Shown here: positions 25,532 through 35,300 of the stretch, piece by piece | How positions within the stretch are numbered: the first letter of the stretch is position 1 | Layout: each line of letters opens with the position of its first letter | IMG/VR virus record: IMGVR_UViG_3300029203_000004 | Origin: a virus | DNA length: 64,000 nt | Direction: 5' to 3' (one strand) | Position numbers and translations under genes: made by a program | The notes under the pieces: generated by a model | The model's input: only the letters and a program-made list of their open reading frames with translations | Told to the model about the DNA's origin: nothing | Database searches by the model: none

Positions 25532-26770
25532 ATGTTGAGAGCTTATAAATATAGAATCTATCCGACAGAAGAACAGAAGGTTTTGCTTGCCAAGACCTTC
25601 GGCTGCTGCCGCTTTGTCTATAACTGGGCACTCAAAATGAAGATTGAAGCCTACAAGCAGGAAAAGAAATCTATTGGCAATGTTGAACTGACCAATCGCA
25701 TGAAGAGGGAATTGAAAACGGAATATGAGTGGTTAGGTGAGGTAAATTCGCAATCTTTGCAAAGTGCGTTGAGAAACCTTGACGCCGCCTTTAAGAACTT
25801 TTTCCGTGATACTCATGCAGTAGGCTTTCCTAAATTAAAAAACAAAAAGGACAGGCAGAGTTTTCAGTGCCCCCAGCATTGTGTCGTGGATTTCGGCAAA
25901 GGAACAATAACCATACCGAAAGTAAAGGATATTCCTGCTGTGTTTCACCGCAAATTCAAGGGAATGGTCAAAACCGTCACCATCAGCATGACACCATCGA
26001 GAAAATACTTCGCTTCCGTATTGGTTGACACAGACATTGAAGAACTTCCGGTAACACCGATACATGACGATACGTGTTTGGGTATAGATTTGGGTATCAA
26101 ATCACTTGCCGTATGTTCTGATGGGAGAACGTTTGACAACCCGAAAAACCTGCAACGAAACCTTGACCGTTTAAAATTGCTTCAAAAGCGGTTGAGCCGC
26201 AAACAGAAAGGTTCTTCAAACCGCAACAAGGCACGCATCCGCGTAGCTAGGCTGCATGAACATATTGCCAATTGCCGTAAAGATAACCTTCACAAAATCA
26301 CCCATACTCTCACGCACGATAGCCAAGTGCGTACCATCTGCATGGAGGATTTGAACGTGAAAGGAATGATGCAAAACCACCACTTGGCACAGGCAGTAGG
26401 TGACGCATCTTTCGGGATGTTTCTTACGCTGCTTAAATACAAATGCAGTTGGTATGGTGTGAACCTCATTCAGATAAACCGATTTGCCCCAAGTTCAAAG
26501 ACTTGCGGAAAATGCGGTTATGTGTATAAAGGATTGAAATTGAGCGATCGCAGTTGGATCTGTCCGGAATGTGGCACACACCATGACCGTGACTTCAATG
26601 CAGCTTGCAATATAAAGGAATTTGGCTTAAAAGCCCTACCCACGGAGCGTGGGAAAGTTAAGCCTGTGGACTGTCCTCTTGTGGATGACCGACCTCGTGT
26701 CCTAAAAAGCAATGACAGGAAGAAGCAGGAAAAGAGAGGATGTGTTGGCATCTCCAATCCGCTAAACTAA
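25532..26770 (+). CDS. tnpB: TnpB (IS200/IS605-family OrfB, RuvC + zinc finger), copy 1
   Basis: MLRAYKYRIYPTEEQ N-terminus. RuvC D/E/D in GIDLGIK, CMEDLNVKGM, HDRDFNAACNI. Zinc finger CGKCG...CPECG. No tnpA adjacent. Confidence 0.9.
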   Translation: MLRAYKYRIYPTEEQKVLLAKTFGCCRFVYNWALKMKIEAYKQEKKSIGNVELTNRMKRELKTEYEWLGEVNSQSLQSALRNLDAAFKNFFRDTHAVGFPKLKNKKDRQSFQCPQHCVVDFGKGTITIPKVKDIPAVFHRKFKGMVKTVTISMTPSRKYFASVLVDTDIEELPVTPIHDDTCLGIDLGIKSLAVCSDGRTFDNPKNLQRNLDRLKLLQKRLSRKQKGSSNRNKARIRVARLHEHIANCRKDNLHKITHTLTHDSQVRTICMEDLNVKGMMQNHHLAQAVGDASFGMFLTLLKYKCSWYGVNLIQINRFAPSSKTCGKCGYVYKGLKLSDRSWICPECGTHHDRDFNAACNIKEFGLKALPTERGKVKPVDCPLVDDRPRVLKSNDRKKQEKRGCVGISNPLN

Positions 26771-26785
26771 AGATTTAGCGGTAGC

Positions 26786-28480
26786 TCACTCCGTTAATAT
26801 TAAACCATCGTTTTCAAGCAATATGCTGTATCCATTTTCAGTGATTACGGTATTCCGAAGAACCTCTAGCGTTATCCTTGAATCAGCAAGCTTCCATGAA
26901 TTGTCAGAAAACGGCATATACCCGTCTTTCTTTACAGACAGCGACATCGTGCCATTTGCCATACCCCGTACTTTCACTGTACCGTCAGACAACGTTTTGT
27001 ACTGTACGCCTCCCACCGTGACCGTTGCGTCCTGTATGGGTGAGCCTGATACGTCCACCACCGTTATCGTTACGATAGCCTTCGGTATATAGTAGTCAAT
27101 CAAATCCTGCTCGGTGAATCCGTCATTCTGTTTGGTGGGAACTGAATCGAAACCGATGGAGTTGTAGAAAGCTGAACTAATCCATCCGCTATTATGGTCA
27201 GTATTGCTAAAGAATATAGGAGTTTTAGTTTTATCACCTGTCACATCATTGTTTACTATGGTGATTATTTGCTTTTTGTTTAACAAAGCGGAAACTATTG
27301 TAGATTCATTCAGTGTTCCATCAATATAGGTCTTGCCGTTTGAGTTCCTACTATTATAAGCAATACTACCTTTGTCATTGAATACGGCAAACAGCCAAGG
27401 TTCAGTAGTATTCAGTCTTTGGTCATAGATAAACTTTCCATCAACAAACGGATTAATAGTAGTAAACAACACCTTAACGCCATGCTGTAAGTTCTGTATT
27501 TGCCCATAATCATCTACCCCATCAGTTACTAGGGCGTTGGGATATCTAGGTATAAACTCTATTGTTACATCCATATCTCCTGTACTTCCTGTAACTCCTA
27601 TGGCGTTATACAATGAAGTGGTTCCTTCGGGATAGGTTAATGTCACCTCATGCTCCCCGTTGTCAAAAGTATAAAATCCGCCATTTCTGTTTACCAAACT
27701 AACTTGTCTGCCATCAGAAAGACCTGTAACCTTAAACTTATGCGTTGGGTTAGAGTTTGCCGGAACTATGTTTACCATGTTATCTGTGGTGGATAGTTTC
27801 TTAGTAATATGTATAACCCTGTTATCCGTAACAGTAACATTTGCTCTATCGGGTAGAATATTGGTGCTAGAAATGTCATACCCTCCCACACCGCTCATTG
27901 CAGCGAACAGGAAATTGTTAAGTTTCAATCGTCTGTTGTTTCCACTGAAATCCTGCAAGTATGGATTGGCTTTTAGTATTTCGTTTGTGGGAACGGATTG
28001 TCCTGACGGTAGCTGGGTAATGGTAAGACCTATGTAATCAGTTACTCCACTTACTCCCATAAAAGCAACAGTTGTAGCAAAACTATGAGGAAGTACATTT
28101 TCTCCGTCTTTTAACTTAATATTTGTGATTTGATTACTATTTTCATCCAACTTCACTCTATATACTAAGTTTTTATCACCAAGACCTTCTATAAATACGG
28201 AAAATGATTCTGTTTCTTTTCCTATGGATGCTATTCTAAAATTGTCTATCAAACCATTAACCACAATCTTATTGTTGGTTATACTAACAGAATTAGGGTT
28301 ATAATTTTGCCAATCATTAAAATTCTGTGTATAAACATCCACAGGCTTTGTCATATCATACCAAAACACCATGTGTTCTTTCACCCATTTTTCTATCACC
28401 TTGCTTATGTCGGTTTTCGCCTTTCCTGCCGACTTGACAAGACCAAGTTTTCCTATGTTAAAAAGCCCTATCTTTCTCAT
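26786..28480 (-). CDS. Tail fibre / receptor-binding protein with a C-terminal carboxypeptidase-regulatory-like beta-sandwich
   Basis: 564 aa. C-terminus ITVVDVSGSPIQDATVTVGGVQYKTLSDGTVKVRGMANGTMSLSVKKDGYMPF fits the CarboxypepD_reg pattern. Located among the fibre genes. Confidence 0.55.
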   Translation of the reverse strand: MRKIGLFNIGKLGLVKSAGKAKTDISKVIEKWVKEHMVFWYDMTKPVDVYTQNFNDWQNYNPNSVSITNNKIVVNGLIDNFRIASIGKETESFSVFIEGLGDKNLVYRVKLDENSNQITNIKLKDGENVLPHSFATTVAFMGVSGVTDYIGLTITQLPSGQSVPTNEILKANPYLQDFSGNNRRLKLNNFLFAAMSGVGGYDISSTNILPDRANVTVTDNRVIHITKKLSTTDNMVNIVPANSNPTHKFKVTGLSDGRQVSLVNRNGGFYTFDNGEHEVTLTYPEGTTSLYNAIGVTGSTGDMDVTIEFIPRYPNALVTDGVDDYGQIQNLQHGVKVLFTTINPFVDGKFIYDQRLNTTEPWLFAVFNDKGSIAYNSRNSNGKTYIDGTLNESTIVSALLNKKQIITIVNNDVTGDKTKTPIFFSNTDHNSGWISSAFYNSIGFDSVPTKQNDGFTEQDLIDYYIPKAIVTITVVDVSGSPIQDATVTVGGVQYKTLSDGTVKVRGMANGTMSLSVKKDGYMPFSDNSWKLADSRITLEVLRNTVITENGYSILLENDGLILTE

Positions 28481-28728
28481 TTTTCTCCCATTTTAGCCCA
28501 TTCCTCAGATAAAAGCAGCTTCTCAAACTCTCTTGTGCCAGTGTCGTATGTGTCGTAAGGGAAAGGGTGTTCCGTTCCGTCCTCAGGTAACGTCATAGGC
28601 ATCACTTCCATAACCTTCTCGGTATGGATCATATAATACAGACCGTCTGTCGATCGTCTGAAAACGGACAGATCATCTTCCGAAAACATAATCTCGGCAT
28701 CTATTTTTGGTACTATAGAAAACTGCAT
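28477..28728 (-). CDS. Hypothetical protein
   Basis: 83-aa ORF whose stop overlaps the start of the downstream fibre gene. Confidence 0.5.
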   Translation of the reverse strand: MQFSIVPKIDAEIMFSEDDLSVFRRSTDGLYYMIHTEKVMEVMPMTLPEDGTEHPFPYDTYDTGTREFEKLLLSEEWAKMGEK

Positions 28729-28803
28729 ATTATGAATTTTATCTATTATCGCAAAGATAATTAAAAAAAGTTAAACGTATTGGTTGCATACAGTTTTATG
28801 TCG

Positions 28804-28811
28804 TATATTTG
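28804..28811 (+). promoter_or_regulatory. -7 promoter box (TAtaTTTG) for the methylase island
   Basis: Exact TAnnTTTG match 26 nt upstream of the ATG at 28837. Confidence 0.4.
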
Positions 28812-28836
28812 CTGAAAATTTAAAAAAAATATAACG

Positions 28837-29994
28837 ATGAATGTATTAAGCCTTTTCGATGGGATGTCGTGCGGACGGATAACACTTTCCGAACTTGGCA
28901 TTTCAGTAGAAAAATACTATGCGTCCGAAGTGGACAAGTTTGCCATAAAGGCAACCATGCAGAATTTTCCTGACATCATACAGGTTGGTGATGTAAGAGA
29001 ACTTGAAGTAAGCAGACTGGATAAGATAGATTTGATAATCGGAGGATCGCCATGTACTAATCTGTCCATGTCTGGCAAGAGAAAAGGGCTTTCAACGAAA
29101 GAAGGCATGGAGGTTCTAGACTTGCAAACGTATCTTGAATTGAAGGAGAACGGTTTTGAATTTGAAGGGCAATCCTATCTGTTTTGGGAATACATACGTA
29201 TATACCACGAACTTATTAAGCGTGGTGACAATCCCAAATTCTTCCTTGAAAATGTGGAAATGGGAAAGAAATGGGAATCTGTGTTCAATGAAACAATGGG
29301 TAGGAAAGGAATACATATCAACTCCGCACTTGTATCGGCACAAAACAGAAGGCGCATATACTGGACGGATATCCATGACGATATTCCACAGCCGGAAGAT
29401 AGGGGAATACTTTTAAAGGATATCCTTGAAGAAGAGGTTGATGAAAAATATTTCTTGTCTGACAAGATGATTGAATGCTTGAAGGGCAGGGTAAAGACGG
29501 AAAAATTCAGTCCTGTCCAGTTTAGCCCTATCAAGTTTCCGTATGAACAAAAGGCTCGCACTATAAATACAAGATTGTTCAAGATGGGTGACAATGACAA
29601 TTACATACAGGTGGATAATGATCCGATATGTGTTGCGATGCGAGGGCGTGAATCAGCCTGCCTTACTCCAAAAAGAACCGAATATGGAAAAAAGATAAGA
29701 AAGGAATATGAAGCCGGGATTGTAAAGGAACAGAGAAAGAACATCCAACAGCTTGAACCTAGGGAAGATGGAAAAACCAATTGCCTTACAACAGTACAAA
29801 AGGACAACTTGGTATTGGTTGATAACGGTAATTTTCGCATTCGTAGGCTTACCCCAACCGAGTGTGCACGGCTTCAAACTATTCCCGAATGGTATATATG
29901 GGATGGAATATCCGATACTCAGCGTTACAAGATGCTTGGGAACGGATGGAATATAGAAACAATCAAACATATATTTAAATATTTAAGACGATGA
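28837..29994 (+). CDS. dcm: DNA (cytosine-5) methyltransferase
   Basis: Motif I LSLFDGMSCG, motif IV GGSPCTNLS, motif VI FLENV, motif VIII AQNRRRIYW, motif X LGNGWN. Confidence 0.9.
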   Translation: MNVLSLFDGMSCGRITLSELGISVEKYYASEVDKFAIKATMQNFPDIIQVGDVRELEVSRLDKIDLIIGGSPCTNLSMSGKRKGLSTKEGMEVLDLQTYLELKENGFEFEGQSYLFWEYIRIYHELIKRGDNPKFFLENVEMGKKWESVFNETMGRKGIHINSALVSAQNRRRIYWTDIHDDIPQPEDRGILLKDILEEEVDEKYFLSDKMIECLKGRVKTEKFSPVQFSPIKFPYEQKARTINTRLFKMGDNDNYIQVDNDPICVAMRGRESACLTPKRTEYGKKIRKEYEAGIVKEQRKNIQQLEPREDGKTNCLTTVQKDNLVLVDNGNFRIRRLTPTECARLQTIPEWYIWDGISDTQRYKMLGNGWNIETIKHIFKYLRR

Positions 29995-30702
29995 ATGTAC
30001 TAAGTTTATGTGACGGGATAGCTTGCGGACGTATTGCACTAGAAAGAATGGGATATACAGTGGAAAGATATTGATTTATTGATTGGCGGAACACCATGCC
30101 AGGATTTCTCACAGTTAGGGAAAGAGAAACTGAACTTCGATGGCGAGCGTTCGGGATTATTCTTTGAATATGTCAATATACTGAACCATATCAGACAGTT
30201 TAACCCTAACATAAAGTTCATGCTCGAAAATGTGAAGATGAAATCCGATTGGGCTGACTTGATTTCGTCACATCTTGGAGTAGACTATGTGTATATCAAC
30301 AGTTCCGATTTCTCCGCGCAAATGAGAGCAAGATACTACTGGTGCAATTGGGAAATACCTGCATGGAAGGACAAGGGAATACTGTTCAAGGACATCATTA
30401 CGGACGGGTATGTGGAGAAAGACAAATCATGGTGTATGCTTGAATCATGGAACAGGTTTGCCAAGAACCCCGAATCGTTGTTAAGAAGATATAAAAAATC
30501 ACTCACACCGTTGATATTCAACTCACCCGACTGTAATCCCGAAAAAGGTTTCAGAACGCCCAATATTACGGAAGCGGAAAGATTGCAGACAGTTCCAGAA
30601 GGATACACAAAGTCAGTACAGCCACATATAGGGATGGGGCTTCTAGGAAATGGATGGACTGTAGATGTTGTTAGTCATATTTTTAAAGGACTTATATCAT
30701 AA
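29991..30702 (+). pseudogene. Second C5-methyltransferase, disrupted by an internal deletion and frameshift
   Basis: ATG at 29991 (ATGA overlap with dcm) gives MNVLSLCDGIACGRIALERMGYTVERY, then TGA at 30072. The +1 frame continues from 30061 as WKDIDLLIGGTPCQDFS...ENV...QMRARYYW...GNGW. The roughly 40 residues normally between motifs I and IV are missing. Confidence 0.7.
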
Positions 30703-30727
30703 AAAAAGTCAGATAAGTGGATTTATT

Positions 30728-30943
30728 ATGGAAATAAAGAATGGAATAATAATAGATGGTGTGTTGCATGAAATGAGCAAAACATTCAATGAAAATTTCG
30801 ATTGCAGCGAATGTTCATTGTGTAAAGAATGCAAAGAGTGTAAGATGGAGCATGAATCATACCTGTGTAATGTGATGGGATGTTTCTGTTTTGTCAATCG
30901 TGGCAAAGTAACGGATATTAAAACAGAGGAGGAAAAGAAATGA
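30728..30943 (+). CDS. Small Cys-rich protein, paralogue of 10622..10828
   Basis: ATG at 30728 (MEIKNGIIIDGVLHEM...). Several CxxC pairs; conserved C-terminus. Confidence 0.6.
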   Translation: MEIKNGIIIDGVLHEMSKTFNENFDCSECSLCKECKECKMEHESYLCNVMGCFCFVNRGKVTDIKTEEEKK

Positions 30944-31158
30944 AACAGACATTAGAAAAAGCGGCTCATTCTTTTGCTGAAAGCAGAAGCAGCGGAAGTA
31001 TGTTTCCGGCATATTATATGGGGTTTATCGCTGGCGCAGAGTGGCAGAAAGAACAAGCTATCGAAGTTCTTTCCTCCGTTTTAGAGAATTGGGTACATGG
31101 CGGTGATGCAGACTGTATCATTGCGGAGTTTGAGGAAAAACTAATGAAAACGAAATAA
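30940..31158 (+). CDS. Hypothetical protein sharing the N-terminal motif of 10224..10616
   Basis: MKQTLEKAAHSFAE...GFIAGAEWQKEQ versus MKHTVEDAAKEAAE...FRQGAEWQSKQ. Confidence 0.5.
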   Translation: MKQTLEKAAHSFAESRSSGSMFPAYYMGFIAGAEWQKEQAIEVLSSVLENWVHGGDADCIIAEFEEKLMKTK

Positions 31159-31163
31159 ACACT

Positions 31164-31190
31164 CCCCCTTGCTGGTAAACGGCAAGGGGG
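31164..31190. terminator. Bidirectional terminator hairpin
   Basis: CCCCCTTGC-tggtaaacg-GCAAGGGGG 9-bp GC-rich stem between convergent genes. Confidence 0.55.
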
Positions 31191-31200
31191 ATGATTGTGC

Positions 31201-32304
31201 TTATAACCCAGGACCCATAGAAAGAAGCAATGTACTTCCCTTATATGCAGCACTGTTAAGGCTTACCCATACCCTTGCAGTTCCTGCATTAATCAGTTCC
31301 GATGATATTAATATTCTCACCTTCTTGTCAATGCTGGAATTGGCGGATACTTGGAAATCTTCTATTGTTTCTCTTGATTCACCTATAACCATAGGATCTT
31401 CAAATTTCTTACTTGCAAACCTAGACATACAACTATTATTACGGAAAGAAATAAGGCTACTCGAACCGTTTCTTACTCTTACGGTAACTTCAATATATCC
31501 CATAACGGATGGCATCACTTCACCAAGTATTGTTATGCTTACGTAAGAACCAACTATCTCTATATCTCTTTTACTTACCATTGGAACAGTGTATGCTATA
31601 TGAGCAATATCGGAGTCATCCTGCTTCAATATAGCTGTACTAAGGAAAGGATAAACTTCCCAATCACCAGCAGTCATACCCCACGAGTTTACAGTAACCG
31701 TAGCGTATCCTGTTCCTATCTTCTTGTCGGCAGTAACACGCCTAGACATCTGACTGGTCTTGTGCTTAACATAGACACCGAAATAGCAATCAGCTATCTC
31801 GGCAAAGTCACCCATGTTAAGAAAATCAGTATCATGCCCCTCCGATGGCATCATTATAGCCGCAGAACAGACAAAATTACTACTTGTAAACTGATTGGTA
31901 GCAGTATCCGGGCAGGAGAATCTACTTATCGGTGGACTGGCAAGATGGTTGTATCCGTTAAAGTCGGTAAGACGACATGGGAATCTACCACCTGTCGGTG
32001 CTGTATATTCCCATCCGTTCATGCTTCCATCTGCGTGTTTTGGCGCATCCCAGTATCCTGCCATTTGAAAAGGTTTGACACCACAGTTCCCATCCCATCC
32101 TTGCCACCATTTTTCATTTGGTCCAGGTGCAAGGCTTTCGTAACGTACAGGTTTGTACCGTGCCCACGGGTTTATTTTCCCGTGGGTGTTTGCGCACGCA
32201 TACCCTAATTCATAACCATCACTAGTAGGACCGATGCCAAGAGTGGCGTAAACGTCACCAGCAAGGTTTATCGGGGCTGTAATCTTTCCATTAGAATGAC
32301 TCAT
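31201..32304 (-). CDS. Fibre-associated protein, paralogue of 62699..63709 (conserved N-terminus, divergent C-terminus)
   Basis: MSHSNGKITAPINLAGDVYATLGIGPTSDGYELGYAC versus MAHSNGKITAPVGLDSDVYPTLGIGPTSDGYDLGYAC. It lies immediately downstream of the giant fibre gene. Confidence 0.6.
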   Translation of the reverse strand: MSHSNGKITAPINLAGDVYATLGIGPTSDGYELGYACANTHGKINPWARYKPVRYESLAPGPNEKWWQGWDGNCGVKPFQMAGYWDAPKHADGSMNGWEYTAPTGGRFPCRLTDFNGYNHLASPPISRFSCPDTATNQFTSSNFVCSAAIMMPSEGHDTDFLNMGDFAEIADCYFGVYVKHKTSQMSRRVTADKKIGTGYATVTVNSWGMTAGDWEVYPFLSTAILKQDDSDIAHIAYTVPMVSKRDIEIVGSYVSITILGEVMPSVMGYIEVTVRVRNGSSSLISFRNNSCMSRFASKKFEDPMVIGESRETIEDFQVSANSSIDKKVRILISSELINAGTARVWVSLNSAAYKGSTLLLSMGPGL

Positions 32305-32320
32305 AATATTTTTTTATTTA

Positions 32321-35300
32321 TTAATTGTTAATTCCTAATCTATTTTCCAATTCTCTTACTCTTTTCTTTAATCTTGTAACTTCATCGTCAACTTCCTGCA
32401 ACCCCTTCCATACAACAGGAATAAGTCTTTCATAATCTATGGTGTAATAGTCCTTGAATATATCACTGACCCACTGACTGTAACCGCCGGAAAGTAAATC
32501 CTGGGCGATAAGACCATAATTCCATTTTTTATGATTGAATATCTCGGAATTTCTCTTGGCAAGATTGTTCCAGTGATATTTCACGCTCCGGAATTTGCGG
32601 ATAATACCCATAGCATCATAACCCTGAATATCGGTTTTCAACCTTATATCGGAAGAGGATGCCTTGGCAGTAATTGCTCCAGTGGCTATTATATTCCCAT
32701 TAGATTTTATAGAACCATTCACCGTCAATTTATATCCCGTGTCACCGCCATCTGGATTTTGCCCAATATATACTTGCCCACCCCTTGGTTGGAGCGATAA
32801 GTTACATCTTGATTGATACTGCGTAGGATAACTATGAGATTGTCCGTCTGTCGCATCAATAGAAGTCTGCAAACATATATTTCCGTCACTTCTTGCATCA
32901 GTTATACGCCCACTGTAAACCTTTAATGTAGCATCTCCAGTTTGCACAAATATACTTGTTGAAGTCATTTGCCCACCAACATCTCCAGAACCATTAAACG
33001 GCTGACCAAAAATATTTCTAGTATTGACAAGAACATTTGCCGCATGGGAAAGACCTGCTGTTACTGCAACAACAGTGTATTTTGAACCGCCAGGTGTTCC
33101 CGTAGTGCCATTATTTTGTGTGGTCACATACCCATAAGGGTATTGTTCCACTATCTTTATTGCAATATACGGGTCATAACTGTCCTTGACACATTTCATC
33201 CATACTCTCCATGTTATGCCATCATCCGTTGTACATCTTAATTCGGGAAGCCAACTTTGCCCGAAATTTGTCACGTAGAAAATATAACCTGCATTATTAT
33301 CTCTACCTCTTCTTATTCTAAGAACTGCACGCCCATTCATACCACCACCCGTTTCCACTCTACATAAGTCAAATATTACGTATGCTCTTAATTGTTCCTG
33401 CCCAGTAGGAATCACGAACCTTAAAAATTCTATATAGTCATAATTATTATATTGGGAAACAAAACCATCGTATTTACGATTCTGATAATATGCTCCATGT
33501 TGTCCGTCCAGTAAATCCGCACTTAGATTATCTACGGTTGTATTGCTTGAAACTATCAAAGGTGATAACCCTGTGGCAACAGTTGACATGAATCTCGGTG
33601 CTCTTACATCATTTGGAGTGACACGTAAAACCAGCTTGTTGTTATGGTCTACGACACCAAATCCTGCACTATCCGTACTACTTCCTCTAAGGTTTCCTAT
33701 ATACCAGTAGGTGTCATGCCAGTTGAACCTTAATCCGTTTCTTATAGAAGTAAGCCCACCATCATCGTTCTTGATAACTCCGTTATCTTTATAGATATTG
33801 GTAATATCACAATTTTCCACTCCCTTGAATACGATTGCGCCGGAAGTGGAAGCGGATGTAAGGGTTCCAGTCATAGTATCGCCAGCCTTTTTCACCCATC
33901 TACCGTCCAATACGGAAGTAGGGATATGACTTGCATCTATGACTTTACTTGAATCAGCCTTTTTCAATTCAGCCCACATAGCGTCAGCGTCAAGTCCTCC
34001 CTGCCCAGCCATGTCGTACAGTTTCTTTATCGTGTACGCATTAAACGTATTGTCAAGGTCTGAATCGGAGAAGGTTGTGCCGTCAGTAAGGTTTGCGAAG
34101 CTGTAAACGGTATTTACAACACCGCTGCCACCACCGCTACCACCTGTTTTCACGCCAAGAGCAGATACCCAACCGTCCGAGTAGAATCCTACCGTGTTTC
34201 CGTCTGTTCTATGCTTCACTCTCAGAGCCTTGTTTGCAGAATCGTAAACAAGTTGGGCATCTCCTATCTGTATATATTCGTTTGCTGTAAGTCGTGCTGC
34301 GGAAACGCCACCTGTAAATCCTGCTGAAACGCCATTGAGGTGTCCTTGTTTGTTTATTTGTATTACTCCTACATCTGACGTATCTCCATTAGGACGGAAA
34401 TAAATCATACCCTCATTTCCATAGCTTGATATGACGGTATTGCCTGTCGTGTTACGGAAAACAGTATTTCCGCCATAAGACAGACCGATACCACTATTCA
34501 TCAGAATATTCTTGGTAAATGTCTTTTGTCCCGAAATAGTCTGAGCAGTAGTCAAGGTAACGGCATCAGTAATCCCGTACCCTGCCAAAGTGGTAGGATT
34601 ATCACCAACTGTAACACGCCCGTAGGTGTCTACTGTAACTTTCGTATATGTACCAGCATTCACCCCCGTGGTAGCCAGTGACAATGTGCGGTTTGCGGAC
34701 AGGTTTCCACCTCCCGTAAGACCAGTTCCTGCACTTATCGTTATGGTCTTGTCCGCTTTCAGTGCAAGAAGTTCGGCTAGGTTGTCGCTTTCCGTAAGAC
34801 CGTCAAGAAACGCTTCAAGTTCTTTCCATTTGTTGATAATGTTATCGGCATCGCTTCCTTCTAGGAAGTTATTCAACTTGTTGCTTAACTGTGTTACAGT
34901 ATTATTCAGCGTACCCAAGTCCTGTTGTCTAGCGAATGTTTCCCCGAATACGGCAGTGATGGTTTTCCCGTCAGAACTAAGTGCCATGTTTGTTACGGCA
35001 TTTCCACTTCCCGACTGGGTGATGTTTTTTATACCACCACCTTCCTTCGCCATTTTCCAAATCTCGTTTATCGTGTACGCATTAAACGTATTGTCAAGGT
35101 CTGAATCGGAGAAGGTTGTGCCGAGATTGGAAAAACCATATACGTTTTTCACAAGTCCGTCACCACCGCTTCCTCCGCTTCCTCCAGGCGATACGCCTAA
35201 AGCGGAAATCCATCCTCTGGTATAGAAGCCTATTTCCGTACTTCCATCTATATGCTCAAATGTTACTGCCTTGTTTACGGAATCATATATAATCTTTATA

